Shown here: in pieces, positions 27,957-41,695 of the stretch
Layout: each line of letters begins with the position of its first letter
How positions within the stretch are numbered: the first letter of the stretch is position 1
Assembly: GCA_951406725.2 (NCBI GenBank)
Contig: OX597816.1
Coordinates: forward strand, 92,194,001-92,258,000
Length of the DNA stretch: 64,000 nucleotides
From: Octopus vulgaris
Taxonomy: Eukaryota
Reading direction: 5' to 3'
Notes under the pieces: model-generated
Seen by the model: the letters and a program-made list of their open reading frames with translations, nothing else
Database searches by the model: none
Told to the model about the DNA's origin: nothing
Position numbers and translations under genes: made by a program

Positions 27957-28140
27957 CTGAAGAAAATTCTAACTAGGCCACACCTTCAGGTTCATGCGCT
28001 ATTTATCTTGATGTGGCTGTGATGCATGTGCCTGGTGTACCCTTATCAGACGGGAAGTCATGATGGGTATATTGGGATTCGTATATTTTACCCCAGTTTC
28101 ACTTTGATGGCATGCGCTGCTCTCACACTCAATAATAATG
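27957..28140 (+). repeat. Dispersed repeat family E, a retroposon 3' end with (TAA)n tail; second copy at 63243-63470
   Basis: Shared core gcctggtgtacccttatca(g/c)acggg..gtca.gatgggtata.tggg.ttcgtatatt.taccccagt, ending in aataataat in both copies. Confidence 0.8.
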
Positions 28141-28749
28141 ATAAAGATGATGTGGATTAAATATGTGATCATCGGATTTAAAAAAACTACAAAAATATGA
28201 AAGAAAATTGTTTCTAGTGTAAATCATTTTAGGACACCGAAATATTTCTCTCATATATGAAACATAGTTGTTGCCGAGCACGTTGTTATAACAAGGCACA
28301 TGTGTAAAATTATTGACAACACTTGGAGATGTGATATACTCATACAAGAATTGAAACAAAACGCAAAAATGCGATGTCCCTATAGAAAAACAGTGAGAAT
28401 CAAATATTAGTAGTATATTTCTACACATATATAATACACATAAATGTAATATTTATGTAGTTCACACATGTACACGCACCACATTACACATGTAAACAAG
28501 ACAGCATAGAACACACAGTGTTTAAACAATTTAAAAGAGAAACATAGCAATAAATATAAGATGCAACGTGTCTCATTGTAAACAGAGAGAAAAACAGCAG
28601 ATATGGTCAGTAAGAAAACTACGAAAGCAAATACAGGTGAATTTTGATCTGTGAACCTTAGCACACTCCCAGAGACGGTGTTCTGCAAAAATCTAACACT
28701 GAATAGACAGACCTCTCTCTTAATGTCACTTCCCAAGCGAAAAACAAAA

Positions 28750-28935
28750 CCAAAAAACAACGGTGGACAGATGACGACTACATTGAAGTGCTAAATGCAT
28801 TCTACACTGCAAAATTATATCCAAACCACACAAGGATAATAAAAGAAACATATTAAATATGGAGAAAACATACCGAAAGAAGGTAAAAAGTCACGGAAAA
28901 TGCTCTTGCGAATGTTCGGCGATACATATGTATAG
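28750..28935 (+). mobile_element. N-terminal (Myb-like) fragment of an R4/Dong ORF
   Basis: KKQRWTDDDYIEVLNAFYTAKLYP...TY*IWRK...KVTENALANVRRYI in one frame (two stops), resembling the R4/Dong N-terminal pattern RxKWT...YY.A...W...T.Q.LA...R.I. Confidence 0.65.
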
Positions 28936-29237
28936 TAAATATCCAATGAAGTAAACTATCACCAGCAGGTCGATATACCCAACGTACTACACACACAATA
29001 CAAACACTAATACAAAAAAAAAAAAAAAAAAATACCACACTCCATAAAAAAGGAAACTAGCGCAATACAATACTGGGAAAAGTTTGCACACTCCCAGCAA
29101 CAAAAATGAACATACACCACACCAACAACATGGAGGTGTAGCAGGTGATAAAGTAGAAATTTGCCTGAAACTACCAGATGCAGAATAATAATAAAGAACG
29201 AATAAGGAATATTTGAATCGGTGAAAAAATATGTAAC

Positions 29238-29274
29238 AGAGAAAGAGAGAGAGAGAGAGAGAGAGGGAGAGAGG

Positions 29275-29350
<76 letters not shown>

Positions 29351-29568
29351 AAGAGAGAGCGGAGAGAAAAAGGGAGGTGGAGAGAGAGGCGAGAGAGTGA
29401 GAGAGAAAGTGTGTGTGAGAGAGAAAAAGAGAGAAAGAAAGAGAGAAAGACAGAGAGAGAGAGAGACAAAGGGAGAGAGAAAGGAAGAGAGAGGGAAAGA
29501 GAGAGAGAAAGAGAGAGTGAAAGAGAAAGAAAGAATGAGAGCGAGAGAGCGAGAGAGAAAGAGAGAAG
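29238..29568. repeat. Long (GA)n-rich purine tract
   Basis: Directly visible. Confidence 0.97.
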
Positions 29569-30259
29569 GACTATATTATTTGAGAGAACGAAGAGCAGGT
29601 AGGTCTGTATAATCCTGCATCTGTTATGAACACAGGCATGATCAAAATGTTAAACACAGTACAACAATGTCATGAAGGTCTGTAAACTTACAATTCAAAA
29701 GATGTATCGATAGATAGTTACATTTAAGTGAAATTAACTTAGGAAATGGCTGTGGAAGTTACACTTTCATCTTTTACACGTTCTAGACCAAACTATGTAG
29801 CCGTGCTAGGGTAACATATAGTTACCTCAGCATAGTTACTTAGACAGACATACGCACATAGGTAGGTAGGAACATAGGCAGGTAGGTGAGACTACCGATA
29901 TATTAAAAGTTATGTAAATAGAGAGATATATTAATAGATATACAAATAGATCGCCGAACCGAAGTGAAATGAAAAGAAATATAAATATTCATTATTGGTA
30001 ACTAACTCGGACTGAGCTGTGTTGGTGGTTGGACAGCGAACAGTGTAGTTTATTTAGATATTTTTAGTTTTTCAATTCCTTCACTTAATGGATGTGCTTT
30101 AATGCAATTAATTATCGTCTGCTGAATCGAAACTTTTTTTTTATATAAAATATGGAAAACGATAGACGACATTAGCTAAAAAGAAGGAAGAATGAAAAAG
30201 ATTAATTTTCAAAAAATAAACATGTACATGTGTCAGCCTCCGCGATAATTGCATTGAAG

Positions 30260-30700
30260 CCGACACTATGCTATTCCACATCTTAAGAACTAGTATGAAT
30301 GCCGTCCACAGCCAGTCATTGAAGGAGAGAATGTTACCATTCTATTGGACTGTTGGATACACACAGACAGGGAAATAAATGCCAACAGGCCAGACGTCGA
30401 CATCAAAGACCTCAGACAAAAACAATACATGTCTGTTAATTGATATGACGGTGCCTACTGACAGAGATTTCCCAGCAATAGAATATGAGAAATTATCTAA
30501 ACAGAAGGACCTTTAGATCGTGACATCTTGGTCATGACAATTAAAAGCCAAAAATGATCCATTTTGTGAGTGTTCTGGGAATGATAAAGAAATGTACCAA
30601 CAAACTTTTTGACCAGATCCCAGGGAAACCAATAAAGTACGAGGTTCAAAGACTTGTGTTGGCATCAACTGTTCACCTTCTCAGAAAGCGTCTCTCCTGA
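30260..30700 (+). mobile_element. Decayed R4/Dong RLE domain (3' fragment)
   Basis: PQPVIEGENVTILLDCWIHTDREINANRPDVDIKD...CLLIDMTVPTD...EYEKLSKQKDL...LVLASTVHLLRKRLS*. Confidence 0.85.
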
Positions 30701-30771
30701 TATATACGTGCCTTAGGTCTCTGGTTCAGCCGGAAGAGGAAATAAAATGGAAATCAAACAAGAGGAAATAA

Positions 30772-30876
30772 TCCTTTTCCCTATCAGCACAAGGCCTAAA
30801 ATTTAGAGGAAGGGCACTGATTTTATTGACCCCGAAAGGGTGAAAGGCAAAGTCAACTTTGACGGAATTTGAAACT
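30772..30876 (-). mobile_element. SINE family B partial copy
   Basis: gaccccgaaagggtgaaaggcaaagtcaac core plus caaggcctaaaattt tail. Confidence 0.7.
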
Positions 30877-31049
30877 TGATTTTGACTTGAGCACAAGACC
30901 AGAAATTTCGAGAATGTGTTAATCGAGTTAATAGATTTTGTTAATTGAGTACATAGATGCTGCTGTCGTGACTGTTGATTTGATTGCAGAGGTCGGAATG
31001 TTGTAAAGGTGGGGCTCTGCTCTCGTCTTTTACTCAGCAGGGTAAATAT

Positions 31050-31950
31050 TTAAACGTTCTTGGGTGACTGTTTAAACACATCTGTAACAATCTGAATATT
31101 AACCCCCGATGTCTATTAGCACACTTTTCGAAATAAAAACTATCGAAGATTCCTGTAACTTCTCCTGGTGAAACGAAACGACTGCAATTCAGGTGTCATT
31201 CTCGTTCAGGTTTGCCAAAGTTGAACTCTACGGCTACTATCATTCGTGCCTGACCAATATGGATGGTATGGTTGTTGACCCTTCCTTCAGTTACTAACAT
31301 CCAACATTCGGTAGAATCATAACGAACAATGGAAATTTCCACTGGCATATGAATATGGCATATATTTGTGTTTCCTTCTCACTTCTGCTACCATTGTGTG
31401 CTTTTCTTTGCAAACGTAGACTACTTCTTCCAAGCATTTTTCAATTAGTGTTGGTATCAAGGTTTGCATCAGTCGGTTCTATTATTCATGTATGCATGAC
31501 AAATTGGTAGGTGCTGCTTAGCTTATTTGTAGGTTTTGAGGACTTTTACGTTGCCTTGATCAAGTTTAACATTGTTTCACTGTGACTTTCTTTGTTGGTT
31601 TGTCGTAACTTATTTTTATTGTTCCCCTGCGTTTGCAATTACTATTGACAACGCAGCATGAAGACGGGAATTATTCAGAAGCTACATGTTTCAAGGTATT
31701 TATCGATTTCGCGGCGTAACATCAATATAGTGGAAGGGTTTGGTATGGCAGTTACTTCAATGTAGCAATGGAAATTAATATGATAGTGACATCAAACATC
31801 TACGTTACTATGTCTACTGCCTTTATAAGTCGAACACAATGGGAATTCCAAGTGTATTTTCATTCTTTTTGTATTATCTGTCGGGCCACTATTATCACAT
31901 TGACCACAAACATTATGATGTCATGCATGGGATCCATGGCTTTTAAAGAC
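31050..31950 (-). mobile_element. Possible highly decayed Penelope-like element (RT linker / GIY-YIG region)
   Basis: GTIKISY (31625-31605; cf. NTIKISYS) and KCLEEVVYVC (31439-31410; cf. KCLxxxVVYxC) occur in the expected order. Confidence 0.4.
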
Positions 31951-32131
31951 ATCATGTATTGTTTAAAAAAACACAGCGTTTTAAAGAACTAAACGATTCT
32001 GTAGCGAAATCATCCTAAAAATAGGAAAGAAAACAGTATTTTATGTCAGTTTCTATATAACATTGATAACTAAACTAGACCAAAACACAATATGAAACAT
32101 ATGAAGAAAGAAAATTACGTAGTAATCGAAT

Positions 32132-32200
<69 letters not shown>

Positions 32201-32218
32201 TTGCTACTACTACTACTG

Positions 32219-32267
<49 letters not shown>
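32132..32267. repeat. (CTA)n microsatellite
   Basis: Directly visible. Confidence 0.97.
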
Positions 32268-32269
32268 AA

Positions 32270-32543
32270 GAACTCTTGTCATGAATGACTTTGGGATTAC
32301 ACTTTGAAAGCTCCCCTCTGAGGCGCAAGTCCGGGCAAGGTTGTCGCCCGTGCATACCAGCCCCTCCTCTCCACGCCACAGATGTTATCTAAGGGAAAAG
32401 CAGCTCGTTTCCACAGCTCAAGTGGATGAGAGCAACGTGAAATAGTGTCTTGCTCAAGAACACAGCACACAGCTCGGTCCGAGAATCGAACACGCTACCT
32501 CATGATTGTAAGCCCGACGCTTTTACCACTAAGCCATGCGCCT

Positions 32544-32544
<1 letters not shown>
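32270..32544 (-). mobile_element. tRNA-derived CORE-type SINE lying between (CTA)n tracts
   Basis: Minus strand: ggcgcatggcttagtgg (A box), gttcgattctc (B box), gtgttcttgagcaagacactatttcacgttgctc (CORE-like). Confidence 0.8.
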
Positions 32545-32579
<35 letters not shown>

Positions 32580-32684
32580 AACTACTACTACTACCACCAC
32601 TACTGCTGCTGCTGCTACTGCTGCTGCTGCTACTGCTGCTGCTGCTACTGCTGCTGCTGCTACTGCTGCTTGTAGTAGTAGTAG
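32545..32684. repeat. (CTA)n/(CTG)n/(GTA)n compound microsatellite
   Basis: Directly visible. Confidence 0.95.
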
Positions 32685-33790
32685 CGGTTTCTAATATAGG
32701 TATAATTTTTGCCGAGAAAAAGGGAACTACATAGATTCTAGTACCAGTACTTTATGTTGCGATGAAAGTTAAGTTAACCTCGTCGGGATTTGAGGAAAAG
32801 AGACGAAATATACACCATAAAAGTAGCTTATCTGGTGTTCTAACACTTCTTCGAAACAAACTCAACTCACATAATTTGGAAATATGTATTTGTTAATTAA
32901 CTAATAATTAACTATGTAACTGTCGCAAGGATAAATTGAGATTTTGATAGATGTAACACATAAAAATTTGGCCCTCGAGTCACTTATGTAAATTTACTAG
33001 TATAAAGAAAATAGATCTCAGTACCATTAGAAACGGAGGACTATATTTATTGATTGATGGTAGTATGGAAACTTACTTACAGGACTTTAAGTTTCTGTGT
33101 AAACACTTTGAAGATCATCCCACTGCACAGCTGAATACACGCAACGATCATCGAATTGTTGACACAAACTTAAAATACCGGCATCAGTCAACAAATACAG
33201 TCCTCTGTTTTCAATGACATTGATGTCTACCACTTTAGTCGACGCACGCGGTTTTGCGGTGTATTTATATATACATAAGTCACAATATAAGGATTCAAGT
33301 GATAGTCATAAAAAGCTCCTTAATGTATCATTCTATAAATCACATAGAATATATAGTGCGATACAAGAGAAAACGATAAGTTGTACATAAAGTCATCATT
33401 GACAGAGAAATTATATTACTATAATTCTCTTCCATTTATTAGACAATCATAATTATTTTATATCAATTTTATTATTTTCTCCCATAATCTCTTAAATTTT
33501 GACGTTGCGCACTTCAACTGTTACGTCGAGAATTTAGTACTTAACAAAGAGTTTCTTTCACCTGAGGACGTAGCTGAAATTGTGAACTATTTTGAAAGAT
33601 TTTTTTTTGCATTTTGCATTAACACAGACATGTAAGTTATTTATTATTGAATAAGATAATATAAAATATTTACATGTATTTAAGTTACAAAACATTTTAT
33701 CATGATATTTGAATTTTCTTATCTTTAAATTAAATTTCATCAAACAATATCTCTGTCATTCATGACTTATGTATTTTTATATGTATGTAT

Positions 33791-33826
<36 letters not shown>

Positions 33827-33946
33827 TATTCACCAACCAAATTCACTCACAAAGCATTAGTCGGCACGAGGCTATAGTAGATGACTCTACTCTTAAACTA
33901 GTCGTCGTGTGTATGTTCCTAAAACCACTATTATTGGATTCTTTAA

Positions 33947-34372
33947 AAGGTAGCGGGCTGGCAGAATCGCTATTATGCCGGACAAAATGCTTAGCGGTAT
34001 TTCGTCTGTCATCCTTTCGGGGGCTATGAAATGAGTACCAATGTAATCGACTGAGGTCAATGTAATTACTGAGGTCAATGTAATTACTGAGGTCAATGTA
34101 ATCGACTAGCCCCTTCACGAAAACTTCATACCTTATTGATTGTCAGGTGTTTTAAGGCGGCCAGTAGACATAATCGTTTGCGCATCGTACAAAATACTTA
34201 AAAGCAATCCTCCAGGCTCTTTGCATCCTAAGTCCAAATTTCAACGATGCTAACTTTACCTTTCATCCTTTCGAGGACAATTAAATAGGTACCAGTCAAG
34301 TACTGGAGTCAATGTAATCAAATTATTCCTCCCCTCAAAACTACTGGTCTTATGCCAAAATTAGAAATAATT
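33947..34372 (+). mobile_element. Two tandem SINE family B copies (33947-34130 internally deleted with an 18-bp repeat; 34153-34372 diverged)
   Basis: aaggtagcgggctggcagaatcg head and catcctttcg...gtacca core; second copy aaggcggccagtagac...ctttcatcctttcgagg...gtaccag. Confidence 0.75.
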
Positions 34373-37179
34373 ATTTAGTGCTTTACTAAACCAGGTACAA
34401 TGTGTTGAGTATTATTTCACAGTGGTCAGTTGACAGGAGAGTAAGTAGTTTAAACTATAGCTTCACCGATCTTTTTGCTGTCCACGTTGAAACTGTATAT
34501 ACATGACACTCGCTTAGGGTATTTAGTCTATCTAGCTAATTTCCATTAGTTTATACATGCAATGACGGATAAATTATCATGAATTAATTCAGTAGTAAAG
34601 TTTGATGTTAAAAAATTCCCCCAGAAACTGATGTTAATGCATTAGTAAAGTTAATTAGTTAAACTGTACAGAATACTATAAACAAAATTGTATTCAAACG
34701 ATTTGTCGTTCTTAAATAACATTCTAAAATCTATCCAAAACTTAGATAGAGGGACATTTGACTGCTATTTTACTTTATTTCTCACAATGGAAATTAAACA
34801 AATTTCTAAGTAGGTTAATGATAATTTATGCTTTGCTAGATATTCATTTTGTAATTTCTGGATACGAGGCAATACATACAATTCACACACACGTTACAAA
34901 AGATTATGTAGTACCCAGAACAATCTGGAATATAATGAGTAAAAATACAAGAATAAACGATGAGGTAAGTATCCAGAATAAAGGTAAAACAAAACTCAGG
35001 GGCCACACAGTAAAAACGCAATCTCTTGTTGAAGTCAGGAGTCCCCATGGCGTAAATACACAAAGAAATACTAGTAAAAGAAGCTATGAATGAACCTATA
35101 ATGACGTTTCTGTATTCTTGATCAATCTATGGTTGATCATGGATTCTTAGAAAAATGACTCACATACACCCACAGCTACATACATATACCCACTCAGTCA
35201 TACGTTTGCAGATGCGTGTGGGATAAAATTCTTTTCTCACAATGTACCACTCTAGTGTTTTAAAACATCATTTCTCTTATAGCTAACTGTTTCTTTTCAT
35301 AAATTCTTCTGCTGCATTTAATGAAGTTCAGAGCTTTCGAAATGACATTATGCTTGCGATTGTCCAAATGATAGACAGTTGTATTTCATATAGACGACTC
35401 ACGTTTCATATGTGACCCTCATACAGACGGCTTTGAAATTAACGTATTCTTGTCATGTATTACATCGGAAACTGTCTTTTCTCATATTTTGTACTAGCAC
35501 TCGCGTAATATATGCAGTGTCACCAGAATTGTATAACACTACAATATCTTTAACATAATATTCATTCAATTTATATTTATTTAACTAGTAGCCATTTTAC
35601 TGTGAACATAAAAGACTATTTTCCAGAATGTGAAAATTATGTTCAAAGATAAAAATATTGTTTCGTTTACGTCAACAGGTTTTTCGTAATTTTGTACATC
35701 ATTTTTGTTTTCTTTTGTTTCTGACTATTCATATATTTTTACATTAAATAGGAAATCTTTATAAATCGGAAACTTTTGTACCGATAGTTTGTTTAACATG
35801 AAATTTTATTATATGACATAGAATTTCACAATGTTCAATATCTGAATGAAGGTATCTGCAAACCACCATGATAGCTAGTGTGGTAGTTTCATCGTTTAGA
35901 TTAAATATATTTATAATAGAGTCCTCTAAAGAAAGAACTCACTGTATTATGTAAAGGAAATTGGGTAATTGTAAAAAGTTGCTAGGAAAGAAGATAGAGT
36001 GGCTTATTTACATGTTTTGAACAATTTTCTAAAATTTGATTCTGGCTAGGCTATCACACAAAAAGAAAACGAGCTATATAAACTGAAGTAATAATTTTAT
36101 GAAAATGTTTTCATAAATTCATCTTTTTTCATTTGTTTCATAAGTGGCTTACTCTAGGATATAACGTCCATTATTAGTTCAATCGGTTTCAAAAGACTGA
36201 GCGTAAGGATTTTAATTTAATGTTCTTTCTCCCTTATGGTTTGTCTTTTGTCACTGTTTAACTATTGAATCATATAATCGATCGACTTGTCATACAAAAG
36301 ATATATAGCCGTTAACAGAGGGAAAACAAAGAGAATAAATTGCCTCCTATTTAATGCGAATACTGGAAACATTTAGGCCGCATTTTATTGTTGAAACCAA
36401 GCAACAAATGAGAAACGGCATCTCAAATGAACCAAAAGGGTGGATATATAAAATACTTGAAAGAAAATATGCTTTATTTTGAGCGAATCAATGCAGCGAT
36501 AAAACTAAATTTTATCTAAAACAATCGATGCATCAAATGTATAAAATGTAAAGTAGAACACAGAGAGAATGATTTGCTGTTTACAATACTAACACATCCA
36601 CTTTGCTTCTCGTCTAGTGAAAGGCCAGTTTATTCTAATGTATAAATTATAACGCATTATATACTAAAAAATGAGTTGTTCACTTTCATAATAAATAGCG
36701 TGATGTATTTGATAACGGGTCGGTGGATTATGGAAAACTTTATCGAATAGATAAATAAGATCATACCAAGTACGAAGGCAACAATATAGTTGTTGCAGTA
36801 TGAATTATAATTTGATAAATTCTGTTTTTGAATTCATCGAATACATCTATCTTTTTGTATCTACATGATAATTAAGAAATATTCACTAAGATAATTTGGA
36901 ATATGAGAAATAGAAATATAATGACACTGCTACCAGCTTCAATGGAATACTATGTATTGATTTCTTTTGATCGGGAATAAGGTCAACTACTGAGGGGTAG
37001 TATATCAACTGAATTGACTTGGCATATTACTAATGTTTATTTTTGAATAGAAACAGAATTATAACAATGAATCGATTGTGGTGACTTAGAAACCTAGAAC
37101 ATCAAATCTAATTGTTTTTCAACACAATCTTCTTTAATGGATTATAAAACGTTTTAGATTTCATTTGATAAATAATCGT

Positions 37180-38270
37180 AAGTGAGGCCCTAGCTTATGA
37201 TGATGCTAGGGCTTAGCTGATCATGGAATTTGACGAAAGGCTCAGATAGACCATAGTCGCTGACGTTTCGGTCTGTCTGGGTATTTCTTTAACATCGTTA
37301 AGTCGTTTCTTTCAAAACCAATCAAGCTATCCCTGATATTCGGCAGTCGAAGTCATATGCTATCAATGCCGGAAAATCTCAAGGCTCTTTTCTTGATCTT
37401 GCTCTTTTCCTCCTTTAATGATATTTCAAATCACATCATTTCTAAACTCGCCATCTATGCCGATGACACTACTGTTTACTCCTGTTATAAAAGACTAGCA
37501 ATCTTTTACGACAGGAGTAAACAATAAAATACTAGCAGTAGGCCGCCTTCCGTGAGGCTGATCTTCATGCGGTCGTGGAGTTGGGTAGCGAGCAGCTGCT
37601 AACATTTAATTCTCTCAGGATAAAACTTGCGTAAATTAATCGTTATAAGCAGCCATTCTTTTCTTCTATTGCTATGGGCAAGGCTGGTCTTTCAGAGAGG
37701 TAAAATATCCGATTTCTTTGTTTGACTTAGAACAAAGATCTCTCTGAGAATTATTATTTCCATTCCATTGCCGGGTCAACTGTCAGGAAGGTTCATGCTT
37801 AAAAATTTATTATGCCCGTGAGTATGTTGTACCTCCAATGTCACCATTTGACCTTGCATTGAATATTATAGTCATCTTTGGGCTAGTGCTTCTTCTGGGT
37901 GTTTTAACTCTCTTTATCGCATCGAGAATCGAGTTAACATCATGAGGTCTTTTTTCAACTAGGTTGGAATCATTGGCTCATCATCGAAATGTATCATCGT
38001 TGTGTCTTTTCTATAAGTAATTTTATGCCCAATGATCTCATGAAATTTCTTGTTAAGTACTCTCAGTCAAGTTTTCTAAGAGGGTCACCTGCTTCTCTTT
38101 CCAGATGCATCATTTCTCTATTGAGCTTTCTGTTAGTCATTACTATTTTTATTCGAATGCTTCCATTTCTCGAACTGCTGCTCTTTGGAACTCACCCCTA
38201 TTGTCTTGCTTTTCTCTGGTATGTGATATTCTGTCCTGTAAGCATTTTTTCAATCGACATCTTCTGAATC
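37180..38270 (+). mobile_element. Decayed APE-class LINE RT fragment (CR1/L2/jockey-like)
   Basis: INAGKSQGS...NDISNHIISKLAIYADDTTVYSC (YADD at 37456-37467), EADLHAVVELG...TFNS, PCIEYYSHLWASAS, LESLAHHRNVSSLCLFYK. Confidence 0.85.
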
Positions 38271-39114
38271 TGTAAGCACCTTTTCTCTTTCTTTGCAGTC
38301 CTTTATACTACAGTAGTTCAAACCTTGTTTGGGACAAAATCATTAGAAAATAATTTTCTAACGATGATTTGGAACACAATTCTGCTTGAATGAACTGTAA
38401 TACTTCAGAAGGAAGAGGGAAAAGGATATTTTCACTATGAAACACAATATAAGCTCTGGGCTGTTTGCATAAACGCTCTTCTTCACTAAGTACGAACTCA
38501 TATCAGAAGAAATATATTTGAAAGAGGATCCAATATTTGCTGTCATTATTGTATCATGTTTGATTGATACATACTTAATTGAGGGCCAGGTCTTCATGAT
38601 AAAAAATACGAAGTATATTTTAATAATATTATTTATGCGAACACATAAGCACGGCTAACCTGAAAAAAACACCAGTTAATTTTTCACTGAAATGATTCTG
38701 TTATACTAAAGTTAGAAGTTCATATTGGATAATGTAGTACTATATACACGCCACATAAAAACACTAGGTGATAACAGTTTGTTTTCACTGTCCTGTTTTT
38801 GTCACCAATCTCTACCCTCCACAAGATTGTTTCATAGAAGGTGTATCTTGTCGTGAATTGCTCGAAATACGGATTAGAAAAGCAGCCGACAACTGATGAA
38901 GGGTCGTTCCTTGTGTTGCGTGTCTTGTTTTCCATTTGTTTCTTTCATTGCTTGCAAAAATGTCCTTATTCCATGTCCTCGTACTTCGTATTGTTTGTTG
39001 TTTATGCTCTGTGATGTCCTATGCCCACATATGCATGTGTGTATACGTATACATGTAAGTATGTACGTATACGTATGTATATATGCAGGCCTTGCTATTT
39101 GCTTTTGAGCCAAA

Positions 39115-39145
39115 TTAATTAACTAACTAACTAACTAACATATAT

Positions 39146-39205
<60 letters not shown>

Positions 39206-39219
39206 ATGTATATATATAT
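39115..39219. repeat. (TAAC)n then (TA)n microsatellite
   Basis: Directly visible. Confidence 0.95.
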
Positions 39220-39820
39220 TGCTAAGGAGGATAACAAGTCAAGAACCAATTTGTAGTTGGTCGACGACAGCAATCACATGTAACGTTGTTGCAAAAGTAT
39301 TCTTTATAAGTTTTTTTATGCTTTTGTACAAATAATTCAACAAGTGATAGAATACCTAGCATTTTAAGCAATAAAATGTAAATTTGAGTGATTCCAAAAA
39401 AAAAAAAAAAAGAAATAATAGTTTAAGTAACAATATATTTCTTGAACTCACTGTAAAACATTTAAAACTGAAAGTATCATAAGAATTATACCTAAAAACA
39501 ACTTCCAAGTCACGTTTAATCTGAAGACTGAAGTCTTCATTTCTTGCAAAAGAAAACATGAATGTATGTAATACATTTGGTTTGTCTGTTTCAATATAAA
39601 TTCCTCATGGTCAACCTAACCAGAAAAATAATTATTTGAAGCATTCTCTTTCAGCTAGAGTAAACTAAGTAATGTATTTCTGCAAGTAAGATATTAATAT
39701 AAATACTGCATTTGATAGTATGTTTATAGCTTCGATTTTTCTGCCACCGTGATGGACATGACGCACGGAAGAAATCGGAAGCCGACATTTAAGAACTATA
39801 AGAAATGTTATTTTATAGTT

Positions 39821-39882
39821 ATATACATACATGCATATGTATATATGTGTATATATGTATGTATGTATATATACACATATAC

Positions 39883-39939
<57 letters not shown>

Positions 39940-40037
39940 CATATATATATATACACACATATATATATGTTTATATACACACACACACACATATATATGT
40001 ATATATATATATGAACACACACATACATACACATATA
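39821..40037. repeat. (TA)n/(CA)n compound microsatellite
   Basis: Directly visible. Confidence 0.95.
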
Positions 40038-41524
40038 CGGTACTGACTAGGCTTAGATTTCGACATTCCTGTACGTAACTAACGCCGGTAGGAAAAAGAC
40101 TTAAACGGCACGATCTTCTATTCTCGTACCCTTAAAGATATTCGTCATCATGCCTGTTAAAGAAACCATTATAAAATTTCTGGAAAAGCAATTTAATAAG
40201 TTTATTTCTTTATTTTTCTTTTTTTGTAATGAATACTTTGAAAAATAATCTGTATAAATTTGGCGTAGCATGAAAATTTATTAATAATGAAATTATCAAT
40301 TCCAATCATACGATACGATGATAAAATTTAAAGAAGAAAAGTAACAAAATTTTTTAAAAAGAAGTATATATTACAAATGACAAATTTCTGTGAAGTGAAT
40401 TTTTTTCTGACAGAGTAAATATTTCTCTTAAATTATCAAAGAAATATTTATAGACCTTTCTTTCGGTTTATAACAAGATACATTTTCATAAGAAATATTT
40501 CCTGAGTATTTCTATGAAACGGAAAGCAGGCCAAAGATTGTCAGATGACATATATTGTTAACACGTAAGTATAATTAGAAAAAGTAAATATTTACTCGAG
40601 AAAAATAAAGTGGTAAACGAAATAATTATAGTGCTATATTTTCCAATTCAATAAGGAATGAAGAGATAATTAAATTATCTCTGAACGAAATATATTACAA
40701 TCACGCTTATCAAGATATTTACGTTTGCAATTTTTTCTAACACCTTGATTACAAATAAAGATGAGTTCGACTCTCATGAGGCAAAGACAATTTTTCTACC
40801 TAGCATTATTCGTGTGTAGGGAAGGTATGAACATCACAACTATACATTTCCCAATTGATGGTTTATCTATATAATGATTCAATTGCATCGATTCCTATTT
40901 GTTTTGTTAGTAATTCTGAAGTAAAGTTGATTTCGATGTAACGTGGACTTATTATGCATTAGAAGTAGAACATTGAAAATGCCCTTGGTCTGCCTTCCCA
41001 CCGCTTCTACTGAGTCACTGAACCAACAGGATAAGACATAAGAAAATAAGACAATACTGAAACTCCGTAGCGAATAAATATAGTTTATTATTATCATGTC
41101 ATGGTTACTTAAATGTTGCTCCAAAATTACTTGAAAATAGGTGAACAGTATAGAATGTTGATACACAACCAATTATCTTAGAGCGTGACTCGATTTAGAA
41201 TGCTAGATGAAGCAATTATATTTCCCTGATACCATTGATAAAACAATAAACCTTATTTCTTTTATACGAATTAGAAGTTTTATAATCCACATAAGAAATG
41301 TAGATATACAAAACTTCGATATGGGAATAGTTTCTAATTCAGTTAAGCTGAGAAGTAACAATTGTTTAATTTAACAAGTAAATTATATTAAAATAATTTC
41401 CTTTGAAATAGGCTATATCGTCACGTTTTATTTAAATAATTTGATTTCATTAAAATGTAAAAACAGGTGTAGTTTATATATGTGTGTAGTGTGCTTAGCA
41501 TATATATATATATAGATATATATA

Positions 41525-41695
41525 CATGGGTGTAACTAGGGTGGGGCAAGCAGGGTACATGCCATGGGTGCTACTTTGAGGGAGCGCAACTTTGGCCAAG
41601 ATCATTTTCTAGTTAAGCCATTAAACAAAATTTTGGCTGGGGGGGGGCAGTGTTGATGCTTGCCTTGGGCACCATTTACTTTAGCTACGCCCTTG
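41525..41695. mobile_element. hAT-type MITE (171 bp) inserted in a (TA)n tract
   Basis: TIRs catgggtgtaacta / tagctacgcccttg (11 of 14 complementary); 8-bp flanks tatatata / tctatata consistent with a hAT TSD; GC-rich island in TA repeat. Confidence 0.7.

Noticed and set aside
34039-34108. CRISPR-like repeat array
   Set aside because: Contiguous tandem units without unique spacers, inside a SINE, eukaryotic context, no cas genes.
38860-38915. Second hammerhead (ctgatga at 38893 with an aagg/cctt stem)
   Set aside because: No GAAA after stem II and no stem I/III; at best a degenerate pLTR. ctgatga at about 9960 and on the minus strand near 58675 fail the same test.
39760-39790. Promoter-like cluster (tgacgca plus two cggaag); similar CpG-richer patches at 25325-25440 and 51355-51400
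   Set aside because: Short motifs expected by chance; no linked exon or transcript evidence.
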